Source: the human T2T-CHM13v2.0 reference genome, Homo sapiens. From it: a stretch of 64,000 nucleotides of DNA. A program made the translations under genes and the position numbers. How positions within the stretch are numbered: the first letter of the stretch is position 1; every line of letters starts with the position of its first letter. Positions 1-14,691 of this stretch are shown here, in pieces. Below the pieces are notes generated by a model, which was given only the letters and a program-made list of their open reading frames with translations, made no database searches and was not told the DNA's origin. Location: NCBI RefSeq assembly GCF_009914755.1, contig NC_060940.1; one strand, 5' to 3'.

Positions 1-1089
1 GGCTGGATCTCATAAACAATGTTGAGTGAAAGAAACTAGGTACAAAAAGATACAAACAAAACACACCCAGGTGATTGCATTAATCTAAACGCAAAAGCGG
101 GTGAGACCGATCTGTGCTCTTGGAGGTTGTCCTCTGGGGGTATGGTGCAGCTCGGCTGATGTGGGTCACTTAGGTTTTCAGTGCTCAGGGTGAAAGTGAG
201 GGGTCAGGAGAGAGCAGAAAGCTGGATCACCCCGCACATGCTAAGAAACCAGGATGGCAACGTGGATGTGGCGGGTTAAGCAAATTGAAACTGTGGATAA
301 TCATTAGCTCAACAGATGCCATAAGATCAGAGTGCCCCTGAGGCCTCCGGTCTCTGGATGATGCCCATGTATTTATCACTTAGTCACCGGAGCACAGATC
401 TTAGAAGGAGGCCCAGGAGCCCTGGCTGCACACGTAATTCCATTGCACGCTGATTCAGTTTGGTCAAGTCCACACTACCCAAATGACCAGAGTTAAAAAA
501 AAAAAAAAAAAAAAAAAAAGAGGGAATAGAAAACAGAGGCAGGGTGGGAAGTAGAGAAGAGGCAGATAGAGACAAGGGGAAAAAAATCCAACACGGATGG
601 ACAGACGTATCTGGTTTAAATCCCAGGGCAGCCTGGGCCAGTTCTACTCAAATAGAGTGTGTCCTGGAGTTTGCACAGATGATTTGGGCGGCCAGGGTCT
701 GCTCTTCCCCAGCCAGGAATTCATTTCTGAATTCCTCTCGGAATTCCTCTCCTATTGTGAGCATCTTGTGCTGAGAGCTACATGTTTTTTCATGCTGCTT
801 TTTTCTACCCTTGGGCACTGTTGACAGAAATAACCATTTCTGCTGTACCCGCAAAACTTGGTGTGTTTTCTGCAGGGCTAACCTGGACTCTCTTGCAGGC
901 AGACAGAACCATCACCCAGCCACAGCCTGCCAAGACCTTCAGGGATAGGCCTTGGGCATTGGCCAGAGACCTTTTAAAATTATTTTATAGGAGTACTAAA
1001 GGCTTACTGGGACAAAAAAAATATTTGGTTTTTTAGTTATCTTATTTTTTTTTTTTAAAAAGATACAGTACTGTTTTAATACTTTGGTA

Positions 1090-1480
1090 TATCAGGTAGC
1101 TTGGGCTAAGTTATACTGTTGTGACAAACAGTCCTCAAACCTTGGCAGCTTACAACAGTAAGTTTATTATTCATCTGTTTCCCACTCATGCCACACATCC
1201 ATCATGGGTCAGCTGTGGCCTGTGCTCACGCTGTCTCTATGCCAGGATCCAGGAAGAAGCAACAGCCTTTAGCCGGGGCTTGCAGCTCTCCTGGCAGGGG
1301 GATAAGAGACAGTGGCAGGCCTTGCTCTGATCCTGAAAGCTTCTGCTCAGAAGTGACACGTCACTCCCTCAAAACACATGGTCAGGCCTGAAGATAATGA
1401 GCCGGAAAGTATAATCCTCTCACAGGGAGGAGCCCTGCAGGAGGGTAATGGGAACATCTGGTAGAATAGAAATATAATGT
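1090..1480. mobile_element. Old MaLR (MLT1-type) LTR fragment
   Basis: Degenerate MLT1-like motifs (gctaagttatactgttgtgacaaaca...gcttacaacagtaagtttatt...gggtcagctgtggcctgtgctc). Confidence 0.55.
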
Positions 1481-1607
1481 GCCTTCACAAGTAATACTCA
1501 CTATAGAAAACCCCAGGAAGGATAGATATGTGTTACGTAGCCAATAAAAATGGTGATGTAGATCTAATTTTTAAAATTCTTTTTAAGGTGAATTTTATGG
1601 TATGTGA

Positions 1608-2022
<415 letters not shown>

Positions 2023-3467
2023 TAGGCTCATTTTTAAAAATTATAATTAAAATGTATATATTAGCATAGGAAAAGACATGGAAAGATCTAGGCCAGATGT
2101 AGCACCCCTTGGGGTCTGCAGAGCCTAGCTGGGAAATGACTCAAGGTGGTTTCTTCTCGGTGCCAACCCTCTGTCACCATGCAGGGTTTCAGACTCTGTG
2201 TTCCCTCATCTTCCAGGTTTGTTTGTCGTTGCTGTTGTTTTTTTTTGTGATGAAAATCTTGATTTCAATGTTAAAACCTCTTATTTTTAAATGTTGGCAA
2301 CCAATTAGATGTTTTAACCTGCGTGAATTACCAGTTTGCCACCTCTGATAGGAACCAACAATGGCTTTCTCTGGGTAGTGAGATTTTGTATGTTTTGTTT
2401 TTCTTTTTTTTATTTATCTGTATTTTCTCAGTTTACCTTGAAGCCAGGTATTTCCTTTTGACAAATAGTAATTGGGGAACTGATAAAAGAAAAAAAATAC
2501 TTTAGGTATAGGAATTGCTCTTGACTTTGTAATTCTCTATTCGGTTGTTGGTATTTAATCAAACAACAGTGACCCAAAGCATCGGCCATGCTTGGAGGTT
2601 AATAAAACGGCCAGAGACAATGCCTGTGCCAGGACAGGCTGAACCCCAAGAGGAAGTCACAGTGGGAAGAGGGTGCAGAGCGCCCTTGATGTCTTGCTGA
2701 CCTTGAACATCAGGATTCTCTATGTTGGCTTCTGTTGACACAGAGCCCTGATGTGTCTTCTTGAAAATGACCCCATGACTGGGAAGATGCCAGCTGACTT
2801 GGTGGGAGAAAGGAGAAACCTTCTGAGGGCAAGTTCCCAGAGCAGTTGCTAAATAAGATCAGACAAAGCACTTAAACTCCAATTTAGCAGTTACCCGAAG
2901 CACAGCTCCCTGCAGCAGCTTCATTTGCCAAATGTGCCTTTTGCCTTTAAAGACACAGGAGATTGCATGAAGCAGAGAAAGATAATTTGTTGGATATAAA
3001 TGTGAATGTAAGAGTAGGCCTTAGATTCAATACACACTGTTGAATATTCAGGGTTTTATTTTATTTTATTTTTCCCCCAACTGTAATTCCCTGCCTGATC
3101 ACCCATCATGCAAATGTGATTCTTAGACATTTTCTAATGTTACTCTTTCCCTAAACAAGTAATCAAAACAGGGCTTTAAGCTGCATTTGGACTGCAAATA
3201 AGTTTAGTATAAAATGTAATTATTCTCCTTAAAAAATCAACAGAGACAATTTGGACATTGGAATGGCTTGAAATATCCTTAAACAGAACTCAGGGTGGTG
3301 TCCATTCCAAAGATTAAAATAAGGTAAGACCAGTCTTAGCTGGTAGTAGCCAGTTTCTTAAAAAATAAATAAATAAATAACTTTAAAAAATGCTAAAAGT
3401 AGTACATCTTCTTTATAGAAAATTCAGAAAATAAAGTTAGAAAGAAGGAAAACAAAGGACTCACATA

Positions 3468-4318
3468 GATACAGTTGCAATTAATATCTCCTTCTAGTTA
3501 ATCCCACCACACAGATATGATTGCAATTAATATCTCCTCCTAGTTAGTCCCAATACATAGATATTTGATTGCAATTTATATCTCCTAGTTAATCCCAATA
3601 CATAGATATTTGATTGCAATTAATATCTCCTTCTAGTTAGTCCCACCACACAGATACGATTGCAATTAATATCTCTTTCTAGTTAATCACACCACATAGA
3701 TACTATTGCAATTAATATCTCCTCCTAGTTAGCCCAATACATAGATACGATGGCAATTATTATTATCTCCTTCTAGTTAATTCCAACACATAATATATGA
3801 GTGCAATTAATATTTCCTTCTAGTTAGTCTCACCACACAGATACGATTGCAATTAATATCTCCTAGTTAATCCCAACACACAGATACGATTGCAACTAAT
3901 ATCTCCTAGTTAATTACAACACACAGATACGATTGCGATTAATAGTTCTTTCTAGTTAGTCCCAACACATAGATACGATTGCAATTAATATCTCCTAGTT
4001 AATCCCAACACACAGATACGATTGCAACTAATATCTCCTAGTTAATTACAACACACAGATACGATTGCGATTAATAGCTCTTTCTAGTTAGTCCCAACAC
4101 ATAGATACGATTGCAATTAATATCTCTTCCTAGTTAGTCCCACCACACAGATATGATTGCAAGTAATATCTCCTTCTAGTTAGTAACAACACACAGATAT
4201 GATTACAATTAATATCTCCTTCTAGTTAGTCCCACCACACAGACACAACTGAAATTAATATCTCCTTGTAGTTAATCCCAACACATAGATACGATTGCAG
4301 TTGATATCTCCTTCTAGC
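3468..4318. repeat. Minisatellite, ~19 copies of a 43-50 bp unit (gatacgattgcaattaatatctccttctagttagtcccaacacata)
   Basis: Units read directly from the sequence; flanks look like antisense L1ME 3' UTR. Confidence 0.95.
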
Positions 4319-4397
4319 TTTTCTTCTGTGCATTTTTTTCTTTAGTTGGAATCGTGTCACATGTAAACGTCTGTGTTCTGCTTTTCTTTTTCCTCTA

Positions 4398-4528
4398 AGA
4401 GACAGTGTCTCATTCTGTCACCCAGACTGGAGTGCAATGACAAGATCATAGCTCACTGAAGCCTCAAATGCTTGGGCTTAAGCTGCCCAAAGCCCTGGGA
4501 TTACAGATGTGAGCCACTGTACTTGGCC
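4398..4528 (-). mobile_element. Short Alu-family element (FRAM/deleted AluJ-like)
   Basis: agacagtgtctcattctgtcacccagactggagtgc ... gggattacagatgtgagccactgtacttggcc. Confidence 0.85.
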
Positions 4529-4905
4529 CTGCATCTGCTTTTTAATTTAACGTGAGATTTTTCTCATGTTACTCTACACTTGACACCAAAACCATCTCTT
4601 GCGGTGCACAGTGTTCCACCATCACGCTGTCATATCATTTCTCTGATTGTTCCTTTTGCTCAACATTTAAGTTTTTTTCTAATTTCTCCTTGTCAAACAG
4701 TTGTAGGGAACCATGTTGCTCTTCAGGCTTGTTTTGTATGTTACATTCTTTTCCTGAATAGGTTTGTGGTTAGAGGAGCCGGTAGCAGTGTGCTGTCTTA
4801 GAAAGGGCATGGACTTTTGTAGTAGATGGATACAGATTGCAATCTTGACTATTGTTTTCTTGCTCTCTGACCACAGGCAGCTTACTGAACTGCTGTGCTT
4901 TATTC

Positions 4906-5236
4906 AAGGGTCCTAAACTGGTATTGGGCTGTTGCCTGTTAGGAACCGGGCCACACAGCAGGAGGTGAGCCGTGGGCCAGCAAGCATTACTGCCTGAGCT
5001 CCGCCTCCTGTCAGATCAGCAGTGGCATCAGATTCTCATAGGGGCACAAACCCCATTGTGAACTGTGCATACAAGGGATCTAGGTTTCATGCTCCTTATG
5101 AGAATCTAATGCCCGAAGATCTGAGGGGAACCCTCAGTTCATCCCCAAACCATCAGTTCCCCCCCCAGCCCCAGTCCATGGAAAAATTGTCTTCCACGAA
5201 ATTGGTCCCTGGTGCCAAAATGGTTGGGAACTGCTG
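4906..5236 (+). mobile_element. MER1B hAT-Charlie DNA transposon fossil, inserted in MIR-like sequence
   Basis: gcctgttaggaaccgggccacacagcaggaggtgag...gctccttatgagaatctaatg...ggtccctggtgccaaaatggttgggaactgctg; 8-bp TSD ctttattc (4898-4905) / ctttattt (5237-5244). Confidence 0.9.
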
Positions 5237-5389
5237 CTTTATTTTCTTTGTCTGCACAGTGGGGGCAATGCCACCCAACTTGGAGGGTGGTTGTGAAGTG
5301 AAGGATAATGACTGTGAGGTTCCCGGCCTTGTGGGGGACACTTACATCAGTTGCTGTGTTTTCTTCTCCAAGAACAGACCTGAGGGGCA

Positions 5390-5660
5390 GTGACCTTGGG
5401 ATCAGGCACACCTGCTTTGGAATTGGTCATTCCTGAGTTTGCATCCCAGCTCTGCCCTCAGAGATCTATAGCCTTGGGCAAGTTAACATTCCTAACCTCA
5501 GTTTATTCATTTGTAAAATGAGCATAGTGCATCAAAGCTTATAAAGTAGTTATTAGGATCAAATGAAATTAATAAAGTGTTATTACTTGTAAAGCACTTA
5601 TATAGTCCCAGTAATATAGCTCATTCTGAATACATGACAGGCTTTATTGTTATGACTGTT
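5390..5660 (+). mobile_element. MIR
   Basis: MIR core: ccttgggcaagttaac...aacctcagtttattcatttgtaaaatgag...gtaaagcactta. Confidence 0.75.
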
Positions 5661-5798
5661 ACTATTACTTTTGTTGTCCTCATTGTTCTTATCCATGCTG
5701 GAAGCGGGCTGTAGAGAAGCTGCGGTGGGAGAATAAAGAGAGACACCTTAGTCCACTTGTAAGTGGTGACAGTCATAAAAGCTTCCAGGAGGGGGTGA

Positions 5799-6160
<362 letters not shown>

Positions 6161-8284
6161 TGAGCTCTCCCAGGCCCCAAGACGAGATGTCTGGGCAAAG
6201 GGGGAAGAGGGGAAGAGCGGGCAGGTAGGAGAAATGGCCCCCTGCTGTGAAGGTCGAAACAGTGCAGATCCTGAGAACATCCCTCCAATTAACAGCCCCA
6301 GGGGTCTGTGAGGAGGAGAGTATTAGATTTATTATATTGTGATGTCTTTTGCTTTTTCATTTAGGGGCTTGAGCTTTTCTTCTTCTTCTTCTTCTTTTTT
6401 TTTTTTTGTTTTTGTTTTTTTGTTTTTTTTGCATTGAAGTTATTGATCCACAGTGTACGAATGATGCTCTCCTGCTCTGTGGTCTAATGAAAAAAGTCAG
6501 CTCTGATAGAACACATTAAAAAGTGAAATAAACTCATTCCCTTAAAAAAAAAAGTTGACCTTTTGCAAAAAGTGTCAGAAAATGGGTCCATCTGTGTTAC
6601 GTAAAGTGTGAGTTTTCTCTCTGAGTTGAATGAAGTCAGGAAATGATCATGTAGAAAACTTCTGCTTCAGAGTGTCAAGAATTGAGGGGTGTTGCTCTTG
6701 GTCACAGCATCTTCTGAGCTGTTACCTAAACCCACAGCCGGTGCTGTGAGGTCGGGTAATGCTCATGACATAGCTTTAGCTCACAAGCTGCTTTCTGAAG
6801 TCTTGTTCCTTCATTCATTTGTTCTTTCATTCATTCTTTCTTTCAACTAACCAGGCAACCAGTGAACCCATGAACAAAGACTTACGGGGAACCTTCTGTG
6901 CAGGCCTCTTCTGTGCCCTGGGGATATACTCAGGAAGCCAGAGAGATAAGATGGCTGCTCCCAAGGAGTGCAGGCTTAATAAACAGTTCAGCAAATAGCA
7001 CTTTACTTTTATTCAGCAATGAGTGCTGGGAAGGAAATAAGACCTGGTGATGGTGGAGGGGACGAGGACACAGGGGTGGAGGCTGCTTTATCTTGGGTCA
7101 TTGGGAAGGCCTTTCTTCATTTTTCTTCATTGATTGGGGCAGGAATAGTCCTTGGGCTTTTTGGCAGCCCAGACTGAACAGATCGGTCCTCCGCATTTAC
7201 ACATTCGCCAATTACCGTTAGTCATGGCTGTTTGTATATCTTGTATTCTAAGACTTGACCCTGGTTCTCCAGAAACCTTGTGGTGTGGTGGAGGAAACAG
7301 ATGCATTTTTGGGGTCCAGGCTGTCACTGTAAATATTCATGATGAGTAAGGGGCACACACCAGGACTGTAGAAGTCCAGGGTTTGGGCACTTAGCCCAGG
7401 CTGGCATGGGGAGTGCTCAGGAAGACACATCTTCTGGAGAAAAGGTGGCCTGGGCTGGTGGCAGGAGGATCAGGCAGAGAAGGCTGGGCAGGGCATCCTA
7501 AGAAGGGGGATGGCAGGAAGCAGAGCCAGGGAACAGCACGCTATGTATAAGAGCAGCAATGCCACACACGTGCCGCGCGTCACCTCCTGTAGGCCCAGGG
7601 GCAGACCCTGCCTTAACTGTGATGTCCGAGTACAGGGCTGTCTAGGTCCATGCCTTCACTTGACAGTGACAGGAGCTTGGCTAGTTTATGTGGGAGGGAA
7701 AAAAAGTTGACGAGAGGAGAGGCGCTCATTCTGCTAGAATTCAATGGCAGCTCACAGAATGAAGTGTGGGGGTGAGAGGCTGGGTCTTGCAGCCGGGGAG
7801 CAGGGCTCCCCACTATGCAACTGCCAGGGGCAGAAGACTTTCTCCCCATGTGTTGACTGTGCATTGGTTTTAGGGAAGGGCTTTGGTGGACCGGACCTGG
7901 TGCATGGGGTAGTGTGATGCCGGGCCTGGGCCATGGCATGGGGGTGAGGGTGTGGGTAGAGGTGGGTTCTGTGGCAGAGCCACTAGGAATATGCAGAATG
8001 TGGAGCGGGTTCCTGAGTGGAAGGAGCCCCAGGGAAACAAAACCAATCACATGCTTCTGAAAAGTTGTGTGTGTCCCGTTCCTTTCAGACCCTGTGGAGG
8101 TCCACTCCCACCACGAGTCATTACATTTGTCTACATCTTGGTTAGCCACAGTTCTGGGCAGCTTTTGTCACCTTGAAAACAGAGAAAAGAAATGTCTTGA
8201 GGGGAGATAATGTCGATGTAACGAGCCTTCTTCCTCTGCCTTAACGTCCACTGATTGGAACACCCCATTTAGAAACTCGGCTCA

Positions 8285-8822
<538 letters not shown>

Positions 8823-11632
8823 TCAGCTTTCTCTGGACCCATTCCAGTTCATAGCTGTTTTCATTCCTGATGCTTATGCCAGTGCTTAAGGGTCAGTCTC
8901 CTCTGCTTAACTTGCTGGCCAGAGTATCTGTCCCCTGCCCCCTGTTCTGAGGTCCTCACATGGGGCATCCTTCTTAAAACCTCCCATGCTTGTTCTCTTG
9001 CCCAGACCTAGATCAAGGTTGATGGGCAAGTTTACTGGGTGGTGTTTATTTCATGCCATTTGACATGCTGGGGTGGAGAGTTTGGACTATGGATTGAAAC
9101 ATGCTTCTGCCTGGCCTCAGGCAACTTAATTGACCTTTCTGGGCCTCAGTTTCCTTCTCTGTGAAATGGGGATAATATTATAACAGGAACAAATCGGTAA
9201 GATAATACTCATTATTGACCAGAGTGTCTACAAAGTAGTAAGCTCTCAGTGGCTGTTTTTGTTTCTCTGTTTGCCTGAAATAGGAAGTAGCTGATCTGTG
9301 AGCTCTAAGATCAGAAACCTGGGCCCTGGGGACAGGCCTGTACCCTGAAAACTGCAAAGCAGGGTGTTTGGTGGGGTGGGAGGCAGCAGAAGGGGGAGCA
9401 GGGCGAGGGAGCCGATGTTCATCCATTTTTTGTGTGTCCTGTCTCAGAGCCAGAGTGATATGCCTGGAAGTGCTAGTCGGGGGTAATATGTATCTAAACC
9501 ACTGTTTTCTAAACTGTGTCCTGAAACAGCCTTGTGTACCCTGCAACCCCCAAAGCAGGGCCTTCCCATAACCCACCCAAAGACAGTTCCTCCAAGTGCT
9601 AGGGACCCGCCAACACCCCTGCACAACGGCTGGGGGCTTTCTTAACTTCCTGCATCTGACACCGAAGGCCCTGCTGACCTCATCCAGGACAGTACAGGTC
9701 AGACAGGCCTTTGCTCCAGTCCCATGAGCACACTGATGTTAACCTGTAAGGAAAGGCTAGAACGGGGGGATGCCAGGCCTGACATCTAGCATGGGAAGTC
9801 CCTCCATGCTGCCACTTTGTAACAGACGTTACAGACGTCTGTTACAAAGTATAAATTCAGCCTTCTGGGGTCCCAGAGAAAAGGGAACTGGCACTTGGTG
9901 TCTTTGGTGTCAGTCCTGTTATGGGGGGCGGTGGGGGGGGTTTGGTCATCTCTTCATGGGGAAGAGGCTGTGATCTGTGACCAGGTCATATACCAGGAGC
10001 TTGACCTTGGGCCAGTCTGTCCATCCCCAGGCCCAGGAGAGGGTTGGAGGGATCACATCACTTTGCCATTTGCAGCTGTTCTTCAGTTGCAGAGAATGTG
10101 TGCACCCTGCTGCCCTCTGCCTCTCTGTCTTTCTTCCTCTGTCTCCTCCCGTTTCCCTCTATTCCTCCCATCCCAAGAAATCAGCACAAGCATCAGCTGA
10201 TAGGACCCATCTGGTCTTAGCCAGTATTGAGAATAAAGGCATTTTGCAGGGACACACTTCTGCCTTACAACTGTTTCTTAAAATTCTGAAGTGTTCTCTA
10301 GATCAGAAAAAGATCCCATTTATTAAACTGATGACCAGCGAGGAGACGGTCAGGTAGTTTAGTTGAAGGGAGCAGCTCCTCCTTAGGGCACCTAAGACTC
10401 AGGCCACAGGCAGGCGGGTACGAGGCTCTGAGAACCTGCCCTGCTTGAGGGGTCCTGGGCATGGCTTTGGCTACTTCCATTTTTATGAATCCTTCTAGAC
10501 ATCTCTTGGGACATAGCTGTTTCAGGACACAGTCTAGAAAACACCAGAGGACGCAGTTTAGAAAACACCAGTTTAGATATGTATTTCCTCCTTGATGAGC
10601 ATAGTTCTCAGCAGCTGCATCCAGTAGCCCAGTCTGGGTCCTCAGCCTTGTGGGGTTCTTTTGCTTTGCTCCTAGAAGGCCCCAGCTGGAATGTTGTTAC
10701 CCATGATCCTGGGTCTCCTTGCAGCAGAGCCAGCCACTCCATGGTGAGGATGCACTTTGTTGGTTCCCCTGGCTTCTGGGCCTTGGGCAGGTTGAAATGG
10801 CAGGTGTAGTCCCAGCTGGGCAGGGCATCCTGAGAGAGGGGATGGCAGGAAGCAGAGCTAGGGAGCAGCACGCTATCTGTGGGAACAGCGACGCCACACA
10901 CGTGCCGCGCGTTACTTCCCGTAGGCCCAGGGTCTGGGCCTTGGGGTTGGATTTTGGGTCTGCCTTGCTCCTGGGGCAGCTGCTAGGATCAAATGTTGTG
11001 GGGGCGGGTGTCAATGGCACTCAATTGGGGCGCCGCACACACCGTGAGTTTTATGTTGGTGATGCAGACGTAGCTGAAGGTTGATTTTCCAAAGGGGATT
11101 AAAGCTCTTTTCCTGGCGATGCCCGAGACCCCTGCTATGCTCTGCTGCAGCCCCCGGAACAGTATTGGCACAGGTGAGGGCCACGCCTCCTCCCTGGGCC
11201 CAGGCATCAGGCGCTGGCTCTCCACAGGAGGCCGCAGCTTAAGGAGCTCACAGACGTTTCTATTCGGAGAGAGGGGAAGGAACGAAGACAGGAACACAGC
11301 ACCGTTTTTAGTACCAGGAGACAGCGACAGCTTGGCGTCAGTGCGATGCGTGACATTTCCGTGTGTAAGGTGTGCTGCTGCCTGGTGGAGTGGCGCGCGA
11401 GCACCTGGCTGCTTTCCTCCCTGCCAGATGCCATTTCAGGAAATCGCCTTTGTTGCTCAGGCATTCATACCCCTGACTGCTCAGGCGCAGCCTGGCTTGG
11501 GATTCAGGAGGGCTGAGGGGCCTCTCTGAGCTCCCCTGGTGCCTGGAAGGACTCTTCAGGGTCCTAGCCCCTGGCCTGCCATGAGGGCCATCATCTTTAG
11601 GCACTTTCTGACCGGGGGACTTTGGCTGTGTC

Positions 11633-11907
11633 CTTTTGAGACACAGTGTTGCCCTGTGGCCCAGGCTGGAGTACAGTGGCTCACTGCAACCTCCGCCTCC
11701 CGGGTTCAAGCAATTGTACTGCCTCAGCCTCCCTAGTAGCTGGGATTACAGGTGCCTGCCACCATGCCCGGCTAATTTTTGTATTTTAGTAGAGATGGGG
11801 TTTTGCCATAGTGGCTAGGCTGGTTTCGAACTACTGGCCTCAAGTGGTCTGCCTGCCTCGGCCTCCCAAAGTGCTGGGATTACAGGCATGAGCCACCACG
11901 CCCGGCC
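11633..11907 (-). mobile_element. Alu (AluS-like)
   Basis: Antisense Alu ending agccaccacgcccggcc. Confidence 0.93.
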
Positions 11908-14337
11908 TCTTTCCTTGTCTTTGAACTTGAGGTATCGCTAGGGTATTTCCAGTGTCCCAGTCCAGGCCTGACATCTCTGAATACATGAAAGGAAAGTAGC
12001 AAACCTGAGATTCTGAAAGACAGTTTGTGTTCCAGCTTAGAATGAGAGACAGAGAAAGCAACAGCGTGTGCATAAAGAATCATGGGGGTTTAAAACTGTT
12101 ACTGAAATCCTGTAATTTTTCAGGGTAGCCCAAATGAATGTGGTATGTTTCTTTCTCTTTGCTTTTCCTCCTATTTTTCATGCTTTCTCTCTCACTTTGC
12201 TTTTCTTCCTTTCTTGGTCTGTTTCTTTTCTCTTTCTCTCTTTCACCTGAGTCCTGGCAAGGTGTCACACACTGTGCTCTCAGCTCAGGATGGAGTGGAT
12301 GGGCCTGAGGCCCTGCCCACCGCATTCCCTGTCTCATAGCGGGGAGAGTCAGGTTCAGATGGCTGTGAGGCAATGGGTCAGGGGGTAGTGTGAGAGGAGG
12401 GTTGCCTGTGCCAGGCATGGGAGATGGTGGCCTTTGCGGAGGACAGGTGACATCTGAACTGAGTCTCAGGACATACATATGAAGTACATCAAGGGGCAGA
12501 ATGGGGCTGGCAGGTAGACAACATCTCTGTCTCCCCGAATTGCTGGTTAGCTGTTCTGAGTCCTTTCCCCTCTTGACCCTGGCTCCTTCCCCACCCATAG
12601 CTGCCCTCTCCTCCTTCATAGCCCCAGGACCCAGAGTCCCTGGGAGGGGTCAGGAGCACACCGGCACCCAGATTTATCTCCACCATCTTCCCCTTGTTGC
12701 TTCAGGTGAAATCTCAAAAATGCACGCTGGCTGCTGGCACTTAATGTCTTTTTCGGCTGCACCATCAGTGAAGCAGGGCTGGCCTTCCAAACCACTCTGG
12801 GGGGTGCCCTTCCCCCCAGCCCAGGGCCACTGCCTGGCATCTTCATGCTGGGCTTGCTGCAGCTGCCCACAGCCCAGGGCCCCAGCGGTCCATCTGCACT
12901 GCCAGGCCCAGCTCTGCCTGGTGTGGGCTCCTCACCCCATGTGGCACAGATGCAGAACCTTGGACTTGGACTTGGGAGCACACGTCCACTCTTGGCCAGG
13001 GGCTGCTGGCTTACTGAGAGTTTCCTGTTGACCTTTCCAAGCAGCCTCAGAGATTCACCTCTTGGCCTAGCTTGGGCAGGAGTGGGGAGGTGAGGGGGCA
13101 GGAGTAGGGGGGCATCTCTGGACTATCTTTATTCTGACCTACTTGATGCATCAGGTGACTTGAAGGCAGCCACCAGTCCCATGAGGCCAGGCAGGCAGTT
13201 CACTGCAGGCGTCCCAGCCCCACCTGGTTTCTAGCCAAGGCATCAGCCCTCCTTGGGAAACTTTGACCTAATTTGAGAGCTCAGCTGGGTTCAGCGCTCT
13301 CCCCTCTCCCTTTATTTTCTTTCTGCTGGTGTCCTTCTCCTTTCCCCCTTACCACCCAGTTTACCTCTCCCCTTCTTCATTTACCCGCTCACTCCAGCCC
13401 AGGACCCCTTTACTCTGGCAGACCCTGTCTTTTCAGTGATCATTTGATCTCAACCTCTGTCCAAGCAGGAAAAGGTAGCAGCCTAGATTTGGACATTCTT
13501 TTAACACAGACCAGCATTGAGGCTGCGCCTTGCTGGGTGCCAGGTAGAGGCAGTGAGGCTGCCTGGTCTGTGGTGGCAAGGATAGCCAGACTCACAGACT
13601 TTCAGAACTTCAGCTCAGAGGTAAGAGCTTGTCGTTGAAGAAATGATCATAATCATGAATGAACAGTCAGAAAGCCCAGGGCCTTTTGAGCACATTAAAA
13701 TCAGAAGAGGTCACATTTGAACTGAGATCTGATGACTGAGTTGGAGCTAACCAGGTGTAGGGGTGGAAGGAACGTTCTAGACTCAGGGAAGGTTCTGGGC
13801 TGAGGGCCTGGGATGGACAGGAGCCGGGCCTGTTGGAAGAACTGGAAGATCTACCAGGCTGCAGAGAGGGAAAGACAGCAGGGAAGGGGGAGAATGATGT
13901 AAGGTGAGGGTAGAGAGGAAGGCACCGGACAGGATTGTCCACCTGCCATGTAGACCATTGTCTTCCATCGTGGTTGCACATGGCAGCCCGGGCTTCCAAG
14001 GCAGGGCTCAGAGCAGGTGAGAAGGAAGGCTTCCCTTCCCCAGCCTCCCTCATCAGTGAGGCCAGTCTTTCCCAGAGGCCCTCCACCTGCTCTTGTCCTG
14101 GTTGCAGGGGCACCTGAGAAAGTGTCATTTGCCAGCCTTGCAATGGGAAGCAGCCTCTGTAGGCAGGGAAGAGAGCTGAGAGACGGCTAGTGGGCCAGCA
14201 GCTGCATGTCTACCATGACCTGCAGTGACAAGATAGTGACACCTAAGAGCCACTGGAAGTCACCAGAGAGGCCAGCGGGGAGTAGTGGGTCCTGATTTTC
14301 CGGTGTGGAGTCAGGGCTTGGCTTCTGAGTTAGCCAC

Positions 14338-14691
14338 TATATTAGTTTGTTTTTACACTTGTGATAAAGACATACCAGAGACCGGGCAATTTACAAAAGA
14401 GGTTGAATGGACTCACAGTTCCCGTGACTGGGGAGGCCTCACAATCATGGCGGAAGGTGAAAGTCCCATCTCACATGGTGGCAGACAAGAGAATGAGAGC
14501 CAAGCGAAAGGGGTTTCCCCTCATAAAAGCATCAGATCTCGTGAGACTCATTCACTACCACGAGAACAGTATAGGGGAAATTACCCCCATGATTCAGTTA
14601 TTTCCCACTGGGTCCCTCCCACAACATGAAGGAGTTATGGCAGCTACAATTCAAGATGAGATTGGGGTGGGGACACAGCTAAACCATACCA
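14338..14691 (-). mobile_element. THE1 (MaLR) solo LTR
   Basis: gataaagacataccagagac...ggaggcctcacaatcatggcggaaggtgaa...ggggacacagctaaaccatacca; 5-bp TSD gccac/gtcac. Confidence 0.92.

Noticed and set aside
716-752. Three GAATTC sites in ~30 bp
   Set aside because: Explained by a tiny tandem duplication (gaattcctctc twice); no evidence of a cloning artefact or function.
3318-3330. Strong donor-like AAG|gtaaga
   Set aside because: No convincing paired acceptor or SNX29-like reading frame upstream; such motifs are common in long introns.
3468-4318. Regular array superficially like a CRISPR locus
   Set aside because: The whole unit repeats with no unique spacers, there are no cas genes, and the context is a primate intron. 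It is a minisatellite.
12080-13093. Cluster of 120-180 aa ORFs in GC-rich sequence (also 7613-8149, 49695-50231)
   Set aside because: No recognisable domain, overlapping on both strands, partly L2-derived; expected by chance.
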